A stretch of DNA of 63,561 nt, filler included, from Octopus bimaculoides (lineage: Eukaryota), in NCBI RefSeq assembly GCF_001194135.2. It is 8 parts of 8 records of this genome, joined end to end, with 100 filler letters (N's around TTAATTAATTAA, not from the genome) between each part and the next. Parts side by side here need not be neighbours in the genome. Positions count along the whole stretch, not along the records: positions 1 to 14,685 come from NC_068986.1; positions 14,786 to 32,485 come from NC_069008.1; 6 more parts are not named here. The stretch is one strand, 5' to 3'. Positions within the stretch are counted from its first letter, which is position 1; the number at the start of each line of letters is the position of its first letter. Made by a program: the position numbers and the translations under genes. The notes beneath the pieces are model-generated. The model was not told the origin of the DNA. It searched no databases and saw only the letters and a list, made by a program, of their open reading frames with translations. Positions 13,691-25,379 of the stretch are shown piece after piece.

Positions 13691-14474
13691 TGATTTAAAG
13701 GAATTTGGCAGCTACTTATTGTTGGTTCAATACTCACATACTTGATCCCGTGTTGGTTCCTATTCTTCAGTTCATTAATGAGAATGACCTCTCAGTAGAA
13801 ACGTACACATATGTTATAGAAGCAAGTCGACAGTGAGAAAAGCAGTATGCAGTCAGTCGATCAGCTAAAAATAGCAGTAAAATTCCTATCAAACCACATT
13901 TTACTTTCTTAATAAAATAGTAGAAAACATTAGATAATTACAGTTCTGCATACGTTGCCTGGAAAGAGCAAATGTTTATGAGTGGAACCTTTTGATCATT
14001 ATCAAATTTTCTAGTAGACTTATTCCACCACCCTATTTAACACAGTCACTTACTTTTAGCAGAGTCTAGTCTGTTGCATTCATTCGGGTCAAGTCTCCGA
14101 TTCTGGGGAGAACTTCTCTTCTTCTTACAATTCTCTGAGAACTTGTAAAGTATCATGGGCCCTGCTTTTTATCTTGAATAAACGATTTTTTTAAAGATCA
14201 ACTTCATTAGAGTTCACCAGGCGTTACACACAACAACAGCATCATCTACAGCAGAGACGACGATATCATCAACGTACAAATGAGATTCACAGATTGAGAG
14301 ATCGATTGACGGAAAACTATTTAGAAGACGAATGACTTGTTTATTATTTATCTCCATGTGATTTGTAATCAGATGAAAAAATAATGAAAGGACTGGAAAA
14401 TAGATAATAATGGCGCCCAATAAAGCAGTTGACAATAGCCTGGTAGACACACAAATACACGGGCACAAGTCTTA

Positions 14475-14475
<1 letters not shown>

Positions 14476-14562
<87 letters not shown>

Positions 14563-14685
14563 GTTTCTTTATTAGCCACACAGGGCTCAACACAGAGTGG
14601 ACAAAATACAAATGTAGAGTTTTTCTTTTCGAGGGGGTCGAAAACAAAGCAGAAAAAAAACAAAAGTGGGGACAACGATGAAAAA
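14476..14685 (-). mobile_element. LINE 3' terminus ending in (CTAT)n
   Basis: Reverse complement ...GAAAAGAAAAACTCTACATTTGTATTTTGTCCACTCTGTGTTGAGCCCTGTGTGGCTAATAAAGAAAC(CTAT)n; near-identical to 60120-60250. Confidence 0.75.
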
Positions 14686-15619
14686 NNNNNNNNNNNNNNN
14701 NNNNNNNNNNNNNNNNNNNNNNNNNNNNNTTAATTAATTAANNNNNNNNNNNNNNNNNNNNNNNNNNNNNNNNNNNNNNNNNNNNGAGATATTATGTTGC
14801 CGTGGGCTCGAACTCTGCAAGAAGTTAAGAATTTTTTTTGACTAAAACACAACCGGAACCCTAAGTAAGACATGTGTAAAATTTGAATGAAATTGGTTGT
14901 GTAGTTCTCGAGTTTTAGGGAAACACACACACACACAGACAGACAGACATTCTCATTTTTATATATATAGATTTAAAATTGTAAATATTTAATCGATACA
15001 GCTACTTCACCCTTTTATGTTTGTCTGTCCTTCTTCGTCCCCTCTTTGTAATGCCTTTATGGCATTCTCATTCCCAGTATTCACCAAAAACATATCTGAC
15101 CCTAGGGAAATATTACTTGGGTTGGAAAAAGGCAGTGTGGCCACAGGAAGGGCATCTGACCATAGGAAATCTACCTCTAATAAACTACATCCAACTCAAG
15201 CATGGAAAATTCATATCATATATCTAGGCCTATTACCCCATTTTTTTTAGGAGGGGGTAGCCACAGCAAGACACACACCAGGCATTCCAGTCATTTCCCA
15301 GCTCAAAGGGGGTACGACTATAAACTACATCAGGTAGTGGGACCCTGGGGCCTTGATTTCAGGGTTTGAGGAGTGTTGATCCACCTCTTAGCTACTATTG
15401 TTCCCAGGTCTACTCTGGCCTGGAGTGGTAGTACCTGTAAGGGTCCCAGCTATGGATTAACTAGCAAACCCTCTTGCAACTAGGGGGAGGGGATCAGTAG
15501 AATGCAGTCGGCGTATTCCCTGTTTTGCATGAGAGGCGACTAAAGGGGGCAAGAGTGAGGGGAACGGGAATCCATATTCTTAAAGAGTCGGCAAGAAAAA
15601 AAAATAAGGAAAATCAAAT

Positions 15620-15955
15620 GTTCAGTACCGCCTGACTGGCCTTCGTAGGATTTTCGAGCGAGATCGTTGCCAGTGCCCCTCGACTGGCCCTTGTGCGGGT
15701 GGCACATAAAATACACCATTTTGAGCGTGGCCGTTGCCAGTACCGCCTGACTGGCCTTCGTGCGGGTGACACGTAAAAGCACCCACTACACTCTCTGAGT
15801 GGTTGGCGTTAGGAAGAGCATCCAGCTGTAGAAACTCTGCCAAATTAGATTGGAGCCTGGTGTTGCCATCCAGTTTCACCAGTCCTCAGTCAAATCGTCC
15901 AACCCATGCTAGCATGGAAAGCGGACGTTAAACGATGATGATGATGATGATGATA
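15620..15955 (+). mobile_element. RTE-type 3' end with internal ~66-bp repeats and (GAT)n tail
   Basis: GGCGTTAGGAAGAGCATCCAGCTGTAGAAAC...CCAACCCATGCTAGCATGGAAAGCGGACGTTAAAC(GAT)n; related copies at 28340-28500 and 52715-52875. Confidence 0.65.
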
Positions 15956-16747
15956 TATGTGCATTTNNNNNNNNNNNNNNNNNNNNNNNNNNNNNNNNNN
16001 NNNNNNNNNNNNNNNNNNNNNNNNNNNNNNNNNNNNNNNNNNNNNNNNNNNNNNNNNNNNNNNNNNNNNNNNNNNNNNNNNNNNNNNNNNNNNNNNNNNN
16101 NNNNNNNNNNNNNNNNNNNNNNNNNNNNNNNNNNNNNNNNNNNNNNNNNNNNNNNNNNNNNNNNNNNNNNNNNNNNNNNNNNNNNNNNNNNNNNNNNNNN
16201 NNNNNNNNNNNNNNNNNNNNNNNNNNNNNNNNNNNNNNNNNNNNNNNNNNNNNNNNNNNNNNNNNNNNNNNNNNNNNNNNNNNNNNNNNNNNNNNNNNNN
16301 NNNNNNNNNNNNNNNNNNNNNNNNNNNNNNNNNNNNNNNNNNNNNNNNNNNNNNNNNNNNNNNNNNNNNNNNNNNNNNNNNNNNNNNNNNNNNNNNNNNN
16401 NNNNNNNNNNNNNNNNNNNNNNNNNNNNNNNNNNNNNNNNNNNNNNNNNNNNNNNNNNNNNNNNNNNNNNNNNNNNNNNNNNNNNNNNNNNNNNNNNNNN
16501 NNNNNNNNNNNNNNNNNNNNNNNNNNNNNNNNNNNNNNNNNNNNNNNNNNNNNNNNNNNNNNNNNNNNNNNNNNNNNNNNNNNNNNNNNNNNNNNNNNNN
16601 NNNNNNNNNNNNNNNNNNNNNNNNNNNNNNNNNNNNNNNNNNNNNNNNNNNNNNNNNNNNNNNNNNNNNNNNNNNNNNNNNNNNNNNNNNNNNNNNNNNN
16701 NNNNNNNNNNNNNNNNNNNNNNNNNNNNNNNNNNNNNNNNNNNNNNG

Positions 16748-16920
16748 TGACTAGTCGATTACATCGGCCTCAATGTTCAACCAGTACTTATTTATCGACC
16801 AAGAAAGGATGAAAAGGAAAGTCGACCTCGGCGGAATTTGAACTCAGAAAGTAGCGACGGAGAAAATGCCGCTAAGTACTTTGCCCACCGTGCTAACGAT
16901 TCTACAAGCTCGCTGCCTTA
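16748..16920 (-). mobile_element. tRNA-headed SINE family 1
   Basis: AAAGTCGACCTCGGCGGAATTTGAACTCAGAA...GCTAACGATTCTACAAGCTCGC. Confidence 0.8.
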
Positions 16921-17422
16921 ATAATAGATAACAGATAATGATAGTAATAATTCGTGTATGTAGTTATAACTGTTTTTGTGTTTGTGTGTGTGTTATGAAA
17001 TGTCAAAGATCTTTGTTGATGAGAAAACATGGAAGTGTTTATCAATCTATTATTAAACGGTCTTTAACAGAAACTAACTTTCCATTAGATTTCCATACAA
17101 TCAAAGATCCTAGTTTAAAGAATGGCCAAGAATAGGATCGCTGATTTGTCATGTTAGCGGTTAAACCTGGGCATAACTACAGATGTGTGCCCCAATGAAT
17201 TCGTTTTCTTTTTTTCTTTCTATAACTTTTAGAGTTCTACCGGAATTCGTTGTGAAAATTTTTTCCACAAGGGTAGAGACGATTTTCATAAAATCTTCTA
17301 CAAATCTGTTTCAGATGGAGCAGATTACGATTATGAAGGAATTTCATGTAAAAATAAACTTTAGGGTAGAGTCGTATAATTCAAAAACTTCGACTTTGTT
17401 TCCTCATACATTTTAATGAAAT

Positions 17423-17645
17423 TTACTCTTTTACTTGTTTCAGTCATTTGACTGTGGCCATGCTGGAGCACCGCCTTTAGTCGAGCAAACCAACCCCAAG
17501 AGTTATTCTTTGTAAGCCTAGTACTTATTCTATCGGTCTCTTTTGCCGAACCGCTAAGTTACTGGGACGTAAACACACCAGCATCGGTTGTCAAGCGATG
17601 TTGGGGGGGGGGGGGACAAACAGACACACAAACATATATACACAC
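17423..17645 (-). mobile_element. SINE family 2, 3' half
   Basis: CTTTTACTTGTTTCAGTCATTTGACTGTGGCCATGCTGGAGCACCGCC...GTAAACACACCAGCATCGGTTGTCAAGCG. Confidence 0.85.
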
Positions 17646-18309
17646 ATCGTCTAGTTAGAATAGAGGCAGCTGACGAAGGATTAATTCCAAGTGGCTGTTT
17701 TCCTGTGTTCGTTCCGTTGTCTGTAGTTCATTGTTCTAACGTCCTGTACCCTGATATGCATCTATATACACATGTAGATGTAAGTATGTACATATATGTA
17801 TGTATACATGCATATATATTCTTTGTATTATATATATATATATATCTACATATACACGATGTGGAATGTGTGAATTATTGCCTTTTTATACATCAAGTTC
17901 CGATACATTCGTAATACACACCATCTGAAAGGTATTTGTTGTACGACTTATTTTAAAATATCCAGCTTTTACACGGAGGTAGTTATATCCAAATCTGTTT
18001 AATTCATTAATTTTTGGACAGTGCTGGAAGGATAGAAATAATATTGATGTCTGACAAGCGATATCAAAACATTAAAAGTTAGTGGAATCAGCAAAAGTAT
18101 ACAATATTAATACATGTAATGCTTTCGAGCTTTAATACTTACAGAAATGATGTTTTATGTGAGACATTGTCGTAAAAAAGGGTGAAGTTGTTGGAAGAAA
18201 ACAAAGCGGAGGAAAACAATAAGATGGAATCAAAACGGAAATGGGGAAATAAACAATCCTTTTGCGCATGCGTGCTCAAACATGCATATATATATATATA
18301 TATATTTTT

Positions 18310-18545
18310 TTTTACTTGTTTCAGTCATTTGACTGTAGCCACCACTTTTTCTTTGTAAGCCTAGTACTTATTCTATCGGTGTATTTTGCCGAACCGCTAA
18401 GTTACTGGGGCCGTAAACACAACAGCATCGGTTGTCAAGCGATATTGGGGGAACAAACACATACATATATATGACGGGCTTCATTCAGTTTCCGTCTACC
18501 AAATCCACTCACAAGGCTTTGGTCGGCCCGAGGCTATAGTTGAAA
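18310..18545 (-). mobile_element. SINE family 2
   Basis: Same tail plus GACGGGCTTC...CTACCAAATCCACTCACAAGGCTTTGGTCGGCCCGAGGCTATAG. Confidence 0.85.
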
Positions 18546-18564
18546 ACACCTGCTGTAAAGGTAT

Positions 18565-19170
18565 TTGGCCACAAGTAAGCCATTGTACATGGCTTTTGTC
18601 TATCTGGAGAAAGCTTTTGACAGAGTCCCTCACTCTGTTATCTGGTGGTCTCTAAGGGTGTTAGGAGTAGATGAGTGGCTTGTTAGAGCTATACAAACCA
18701 TGTTCAGTGGTACTGTCAGGAGAGAGAGCTAGCTAATAATATAGATGAATTTAGTGTAGAAGTAGGGGTTCACCTGGGCTCAGTTCTCAGTCCACTCTTA
18801 TTTATCATAGTCCTCCAGGCCATAACAAAGGAATTCATAACTGGATGTCACTATATGCTGATGACCTTGCTCTTATTGCAGAATCTGTAACAAAATTGGA
18901 AAAGAAATTCCAGGTATGGAAGTAAAACCTGGAATGACAGTGCTTTAAAGTTGTTAACCTAGCAAAGACGAAAGTTGTTAGCAAGGAAGCTAACTGTTGA
19001 ATAAATGGTCCTGCTCAATATGTAGGAAAGGAGTTGGAAGTACTTCCATTCACTGCACCTAGTGTAAGCTATGGACATATAAGTGCAGTGGAATCACAGG
19101 TGGATTAACAGATAAAGTCATCTGCATATGTGCAAGAACAATAAGCACTAAGGATACACAGGAATTAGAC
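18565..19170 (+). pseudogene. RTE-clade LINE reverse transcriptase fragment
   Basis: KPLYMAFVYLEKAFDRVPHSVIWWSLRVLGVDEWLV...VGVHLGSVLSPLLFIIV...LYADDLALIAES; frameshifts and stops. Confidence 0.85.
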
Positions 19171-19379
19171 ACTCTCAGAGGTTTTAATACTGTTTTCTAA
19201 TTTTGGCACAAAGTTAGCAGTTTTAGGAGAGAGGATAAGTCAATTACATCAGCCCCAGTGCCCTACTAGTGCTTATTTTATCAACTCTGAAAGGGGTGAA
19301 AGATAAATTCAGCCTTAGAACATAAAGAGCTGGAAGAAATGCCTCTTTGCATTTTGTCTGATGCACTATTTCATCTGTC

Positions 19380-19530
19380 TTGATGTTCTGAGTTCAAATT
19401 CTGCCGAGGTCGACTTTGCCTTTCATACTTTCGGGGTCGATAAATTAAGTACCAGTTGCATACTGGGTCGATCTAATCAGCTGGCGCCCTCCCCCAAAAT
19501 TTCGGGCCTTGTGCCTAAGGTGGAAAAGAA
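19380..19530 (+). mobile_element. tRNA-headed SINE family 1 (tail A)
   Basis: GTTCTGAGTTCAAATTCTGCCGAGGTCGACTTTGCCTTTCA...CCCCCAAAATTTCGGGCCTTGTGCC. Confidence 0.85.
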
Positions 19531-20029
19531 ATAATTGAAACTATTGAATAATGAAAATATAAAATTCGTTAGGTCATTTTAATTCTTTGATTGTTTATTT
19601 ACCTCCAATTATACAACATTCACTTTCTACACATAGATTCTTAAAATCTGCTGTGACAGAGAATGTTTTCAATAACAATACTTTCCTTCATATAGCTGCA
19701 TAATTAATAACATGTAATAGGCATGAGAATAATTTTCAGCTGTAGATTACAAGTACAGACTTACAATATTTGATGGCAAAAAAAGACAACAGCATATTAA
19801 ACACCTCTATTTCCACAGTGCATATCCAAGGGTCCCAACTTCACATATAGAACCCGAAGTAATTTTTTGCAATATGTTTTTGGGAAAAAATTAGCATTTT
19901 ATATACCATCAAATATGATACTTCACAGAGTGATTTCTTATGTTTCACATTGGCACATTGCTTTGAACTGTGGGTGTTTTTTAGACAACAGCAGCTTCCT
20001 AATTTACAAATACGGATTTTTTCCAAATA

Positions 20030-20680
20030 TCAGGTCATCCCATAAGTTCTGTCTGAATTTTAAATAAAGAAAACAAGTGATCAAATGTTATATTTAATTG
20101 AAATTTAATCATCAATGTACTTTCCCTGATTATCTATGGCTTCTGTCTATTTACAAGCTTTTTAATTCCATCAATGTAAAACTCTTGGTTTTAAAATGAA
20201 GAACTCTGAAATGTCAGTTTTGACCTCCTCCTGGCTTGTGAAAGTTATGTCCCCGAAATGATTCTGTAAACTACGAAACAAATGGTAGTCTGAAGGAGCA
20301 AGGTCGGGAGAATAAGGTGGATGAGGAATCTTTTCCCAACCAAGTTCTTCGATTTTCTGTGATGTGATCTTTGCAGTGTGAGGTTGCGCATTGTTCTGAT
20401 GAAACATCACTCCTTTTCAATTCACTAAAGCGGCTCTTTTTTTCTTCAAAGCTTGGTTCAAATGCTCTAATTGCTGACAGTAGACTTGAGCATTGATTGT
20501 TGCATTAGGTGGTAACAATTCAAAGTGAATTACTCCTTTGCAATCCCACCAGATAGAGAGAACCTTTTTCCCATGAAGTTACCTTCTCGGTTGTGGTTGA
20601 GCTTTTTCCCTTTTACCAATCCACTGTTTATGATGTTTAACATTTCAATAGAAGAACCATTTTTCGTCACCAGTCACAAT
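20030..20680 (-). mobile_element. 5'-truncated mariner (DD34D catalytic half plus 3' TIR)
   Basis: IVTGDEKW...WWDCKGVIHFELL...VMFHQNNAQPH...HPPYSPDLAPSDYHLFRSL; internal stops; TA at 20028-20029 followed by TIR-like TCAGGTCATCCCATAAGTTCTG. Confidence 0.9.
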
Positions 20681-21825
20681 TAAATGCTATGCTTTTGCTT
20701 GTGTCTTCTTAAAAGATTATTATATACAAAAGATTTCCCACATATTTTACAAGAATACGGTTTTTCTCCGGTGTGATCTCGTTTGTGAACCACAAGACTG
20801 GAATTCTGAGTAAACGACTTTCCACATATTTCACAATGATATGGTTTCTCTCCAGTATGGACTCTTTTGTGTCTGATTAAATCACTGTTGGACACAAAAG
20901 ACTTTCCACATATTTGACAATGATATGGTTTTTCTCCAGTGTGGATTCTTCTGTGCTTTGTTAAGACAGAGTGAGAAACAAAAGATTTTCCACATATTTC
21001 ACAATGAAACAGTTTTTCTCCAGTGTGACTACGTTTATGGACTGTAAGTTTTGAATTCTGAATAAAAGACTTTCCACATATTTCACAGGAAAACAATTTC
21101 TCTCCAGTGTGTATTTTTTTGTGAACTATAAGATTAGAATTATCAGCAAATGCTTTCCCACACGTTTCACAATGGAAAGGTTTCTCTCCAGTGTGGGTTC
21201 TTTTGTGTCTATTCAAGTCACTATTACAGACAAACGATTTTCCACATATTTCACAAGGATATGGTTTTTCACCAATGTGTACGCCTTTGTGTCTTGTTAA
21301 TTTACACTTAGAAACGAAAGATTTTCCACACATTTCACAGTGGAAGGGTTTTTCTCCAGTGTGTATGCTTTTGTGGTTTGTTAAGACACACTTAGAAACA
21401 AACGACTTCTCACACACTTCACAGTGAAACAGTTTTTCACCAGTATGACTACGTATGTGGTTAACAAGATGAGAATTCTGACTGAAAGACTTTCCACATA
21501 TCTCACAATGATATGGCTTTTCTCCAGTGTGTATTCTTCTGTGTTTCATTAAATAACTTTTACAGGTAAAATATTTTCCACAGATTTCACAATGGAAGAG
21601 CCTTACCTTGTGGAGTATTTCTTTGTGCATCAAAACTTCATTTTCTGAAGAGAAAGTTTCCCCACAAATCTCACAACAATGTTCAGGAATGTGAACCTGT
21701 ACTGGTTGTTCTTTAATAATTATGTTACCATGTGAAGGTTTCTCACCACTACGTGTCTGTCTGACTGAATCTATATTGGTAAAAACAGCTGTTTTGGAAG
21801 TGTCTAAGAGAGTAACGTCCTCCAT
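20680..21825 (-). CDS. Single-exon C2H2 zinc-finger protein, 12 fingers (CEIC type), 381 aa
   Basis: Intact ATG-to-TAA ORF with 12 CxxC-12-HxxxH fingers and TGEKP-type linkers. Confidence 0.93.
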   Translation of the reverse strand: MEDVTLLDTSKTAVFTNIDSVRQTRSGEKPSHGNIIIKEQPVQVHIPEHCCEICGETFSSENEVLMHKEILHKVRLFHCEICGKYFTCKSYLMKHRRIHTGEKPYHCEICGKSFSQNSHLVNHIRSHTGEKLFHCEVCEKSFVSKCVLTNHKSIHTGEKPFHCEMCGKSFVSKCKLTRHKGVHIGEKPYPCEICGKSFVCNSDLNRHKRTHTGEKPFHCETCGKAFADNSNLIVHKKIHTGEKLFSCEICGKSFIQNSKLTVHKRSHTGEKLFHCEICGKSFVSHSVLTKHRRIHTGEKPYHCQICGKSFVSNSDLIRHKRVHTGEKPYHCEICGKSFTQNSSLVVHKRDHTGEKPYSCKICGKSFVYNNLLRRHKQKHSI

Positions 21826-22815
21826 TTTAACTCTCCACGAATTATTAAAAGCTCAGAAATGCTTGTGAATATAACTTGTTTTAGTTCAGTTTTATTGCCT
21901 TGGATCTCCTTACACGTATGGAAAATGTTTATGCGGATATATTTTCTGGGCGATCTTTCGATACCAGTACAAAATATGGGCGAAGCTTCTGTTCCTACCT
22001 TGAGAAATGTTGATGTCGTTAATAGGTTGAAATATATATAGTCCGCAAGTGGCTAGCAGACGACGTGCAGATAAAATTCATATTCTTCAAATTGTGACAG
22101 AATGATCAGTTAGTATAAGTATGAACTAAAATAAGTCTGTTTAAGTACTGGGGTTCAATAAATGCTGTGCGTGAGTATTTGTTTAGCTATATGTGTGCGT
22201 GTAATCCTTTTAAATCAATTTAGTTAACTAAAGATAGAAGAAAATGGCAATGTGTGATGTGACGGTAATCCAAAGAACACCTGCTATATATTCGATGGTC
22301 AGCTGAAAACTCAAGAAGTATCACGAAAGTTATTCGTTCAGTTGTCCTGTAAAATAGGGAACAACCAATTAACGATGTAACATTGTTTGTGATGAAATAT
22401 TAATCATGTAGATGACGGGACTCTGACACTGGAACATGTAGGTTACTGTATATTACCTAAAAAAAAAAAACACTCACGTTCACCTTAATATGAGATAATT
22501 ACTATATTTGATAGAAATAAATGAACTGAACTGACTTTAGACAAACTAGATAGACGGTGTCAATGACAATTTTCCCCTATGTGAATGAAACCGGTGATAC
22601 AATTTAAAAGTCCTTAAGATAATTTAATACATTCAGCGACGCTTTCCATCATAAAGATTTATTTCTTTAGTTCTATCGAACTCATAATAAATGATAATAA
22701 TAATAATAATGTTGATGATGATGATGATATCTTTATTTTCCACAAAGGGTTTACATTAAGAAAAACATTATGGACAAAACAAAGAATGTGTAAGTGTGAG
22801 TGTATTGTGAATAAT

Positions 22816-23020
22816 GGTACTACTAAAGCAGCGTGGTCCCGAACGCGCAGTTGTGCGTCCGCGCTAGCTAGTCGTGAGTGGTCGATCCTAACCCTAACCC
22901 TATCCCTATCCCTAACCACGTATTTATTTGTACGCGCACTTTTTGTAGGATCGACCACTCACGACTAGCTATCGCGGACGCGCGACTGCGCGTTCGGGAC
23001 CACGCTGCTTTAGTAGTACC
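22816..23020. mobile_element. Merlin-like (or Mutator-like) MITE, 205 bp, with telomere-like core
   Basis: ~72-bp TIRs starting GGTACTACTAAAGCAGCG; perfect 9-bp TSD GTGAATAAT (22807-22815 and 23021-23029); central CCTAACCCTAACCCTATCCCTATCCCTAACC. Confidence 0.85.
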
Positions 23021-23039
23021 GTGAATAATATCTTTGTCC

Positions 23040-23215
23040 AATAGCGGTCGATTACATCGACCCCTTCCCCAGAACGTAACGGGTAGTTATTTCATTTATC
23101 ACGAAAGGATGAAAAGCAAAGTCGACCTCGACGGAATTTTAATTCAGAACGCAAAGAAGCGGGAGAAAAGCTGCTGAACATGTTGACCGGTGCGGTAACG
23201 TTTCAACTAGCAAAA
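23040..23215 (-). mobile_element. tRNA-headed SINE family 1
   Basis: GGATGAAAAGCAAAGTCGACCTCGACGGAATTTTAATTCAGAACG. Confidence 0.7.
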
Positions 23216-23399
23216 TTCGTCCAGATGTTAGACCGGTGAATAAATTATGCTTCTTTATTCATTCCAGTAAAATACTAGTCTGGTACTTTAATATTTTTAT
23301 TTTTTTTAAATCACAGCTTAAATGAAGGACAATCCGACTTTTTTTTGCTTAAATCCCAGCATCAGGCCATTAAATATATTTACGGACAGAAAAATATTT

Positions 23400-23545
23400 A
23401 TTTCACATTTTGACACAAGGCCAGCAATTTCGGGAGAGGCGGGAAGTCGATAGATCGATCCTAGTGTTCATCTGGTACTTATTTTATCGACCCCGAAGGG
23501 ATGAAAGGGAAAAGCGACCTCAGCGGAATTTCATCTCAGAGGAGT
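23400..23545 (-). mobile_element. tRNA-headed SINE family 1 (tail A), head truncated
   Basis: CACAAGGCCAGCAATTTCGGG...CTGGTACTTATTTTATCGACCCCGAAGGGATGAAAGG. Confidence 0.75.
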
Positions 23546-23604
23546 TCTGTCCCAATCTGTATTAACTCGATTATTATGTGTGAATGTATGTATTACTTTA
23601 TAGT

Positions 23605-23890
23605 CATAATGTATGCCGTTTCAAAGGTATTTCCATAAAATTTCATAGCAAAAAAACCTCCATTTTTCTAAACGTTACGAGGGAAAAACTCGGATTTTGT
23701 GAATTTTCCGAAGACCACTTCCCACCCCTTTGGAAACGATTTTCCCCACAAATTTCTTTATAATCGTAATGTATGTCGTTTGAAAGGTATTTCTATAAAA
23801 TTTCATTGGAAAAACCCCATTTTTCTAAAAGTTATGAAGGAAAAACTCGGATCTTGTGAATTTTCAGAAGTCCTCTCCCCCACACTCCCA
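23605..23890 (+). repeat. Imperfect 160-bp tandem duplication; homologous unit at 50760-50960
   Basis: GTATGCCGTTTCAAAGGTATTTC at 23611 and GTATGTCGTTTGAAAGGTATTTC at 23771. Confidence 0.75.
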
Positions 23891-24691
23891 TTGCTTTGAG
23901 CGCATTTTTTTTTATTCATATTCGTTTCCTACACATTGTTTTACACCCATTCCAGTATTTTGGGGGGATTTTCATTTCCAGGTCAAGATGTAAACATTAA
24001 CCAAAAAGTCCAATGAATCCGGGATGGGGTTCCCCCCCCTTCTTCCCGCCNNNNNNNNNNNNNNNNNNNNNNNNNNNNNNNNNNNNNNNNNNNNNNNNNN
24101 NNNNNNNNNNNNNNNNNNNNNNNNNNNNNNNNNNNNNNNNNNNNNNNNNNNNNNNNNNNNNNNNNNNNNNNNNNNNNNNNNNNNNNNNNNNNNNNNNNNN
24201 NNNNNNNNNNNNNNNNNNNNNNNNNNNNNNNNNNNNNNNNNNNNNNNNNNNNNNNNNNNNNNNNNNNNNNNNNNNNNNNNNNNNNNNNNNNNNNNNNNNN
24301 NNNNNNNNNNNNNNNNNNNNNNNNNNNNNNNNNNNNNNNNNNNNNNNNNNNNNNNNNNNNNNNNNNNNNNNNNNNNNNNNNNNNNNNNNNNNNNNNNNNN
24401 NNNNNNNNNNNNNNNNNNNNNNNNNNNNNNNNNNNNNNNNNNNNNNNNNNNNNNNNNNNNNNNNNNNNNNNNNNNNNNNNNNNNNNNNNNNNNNNNNNNN
24501 NNNNNNNNNNNNNNNNNNNNNNNNNNNNNNNNNNNNNNNNNNNNNNNNNNNNNNNNNNNNNNNNNNNNNNNNNNNNNNNNNNNNNNNNNNNNNNNNNNNN
24601 NNNNNNNNNNNNNNNNNNNNNNNNNNNNNNNNNNNNNNNNNNNNNNNNNNNNNNNNNNNNNNNNNNNNNNNNNNNNNNNNNNNNNNNNNNN

Positions 24692-24890
24692 CGTTAAAAA
24701 AAAAATTTCCGGAAAATATTTTAAAATGAGGAAATGGTGGTGGCGAGGCGAAATTTTGAATTTGAGATTTTCGAAATTTTTTTTTCAGAATAGCAATCTC
24801 CATAGCCTAAAACGTGAGATTCCGTTAAAAAAAAAAATAATAATAAGGGGGGGAAGGTTCAGATTACATATTGTCCATCTGGACCGATTG
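24692..24890. mobile_element. Right end of a second copy of the 25380-25798 MITE family
   Basis: ATCTCCATAGCCTAAAACGTGAGATTCCGTTAAAA...AAGGTTCAGATTACATATTGTCCATCT nearly identical to 25700-25798. Confidence 0.8.
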
Positions 24891-25009
24891 CCGAATCCTA
24901 ATGTAAACAATAATGATATCTATGGAAACTTATTTAGCATAATCAGATGGTAACCATGGTGATACACCTCACAACATTGATGAGTTGCTCTTTTGTTAAT
25001 GTGAGAACA

Positions 25010-25122
25010 TTTGTGCGACGTCACATGACATATTTCCCTTCCACTTCCTGTGTGACTTCGTAATAGATGTTTGTTCTATCGAAGGTATTTCACTATAAAC
25101 ACAAATTTATGTAGCATAACAG
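25010..25122 (+). promoter_or_regulatory. Putative promoter and non-coding first exon of the downstream ZNF
   Basis: CGACGTCACATGAC (CRE/E-box-like), CACTTCCTGT (ETS-like), donor CAG|GTAAGA at 25122/25123; candidate acceptor TTATTTCAG at 28640-28648. Confidence 0.3.
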
Positions 25123-25379
25123 GTAAGATATAAATAATAGAGATATTTTAGTAAAAGTAGTTGGACACGAGTGATGTAAAACGTTTTGATGTTGCTAATC
25201 AGCTATTGATATTAATTCTTTTCTCCACCACTTTGTCTAAAATCAATGATTCAACAGATTTAGACAATAACTACGGCATACATTAGGATTTGATGTGAAA
25301 AGTTTTTCGGAGGTGTAGGAGGAATTTCGGATAACTCATGACTCTACTTCGGCAGCATTTTGGGTTAAGTACACCATTT

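Noticed and set aside
17180-17408. Possible mariner 3' end
   Set aside because: Similarity too weak to support by eye
19215-19530. Head-to-head SINE pair as a third fold-back family
   Set aside because: The two copies differ greatly in decay and no TSD bounds the pair; likely independent insertions
20670-20685. A-to-I read-through of the ZNF stop into the mariner
   Set aside because: The next in-frame codons are TTG TGA, the transposase is in another frame and it has its own stops
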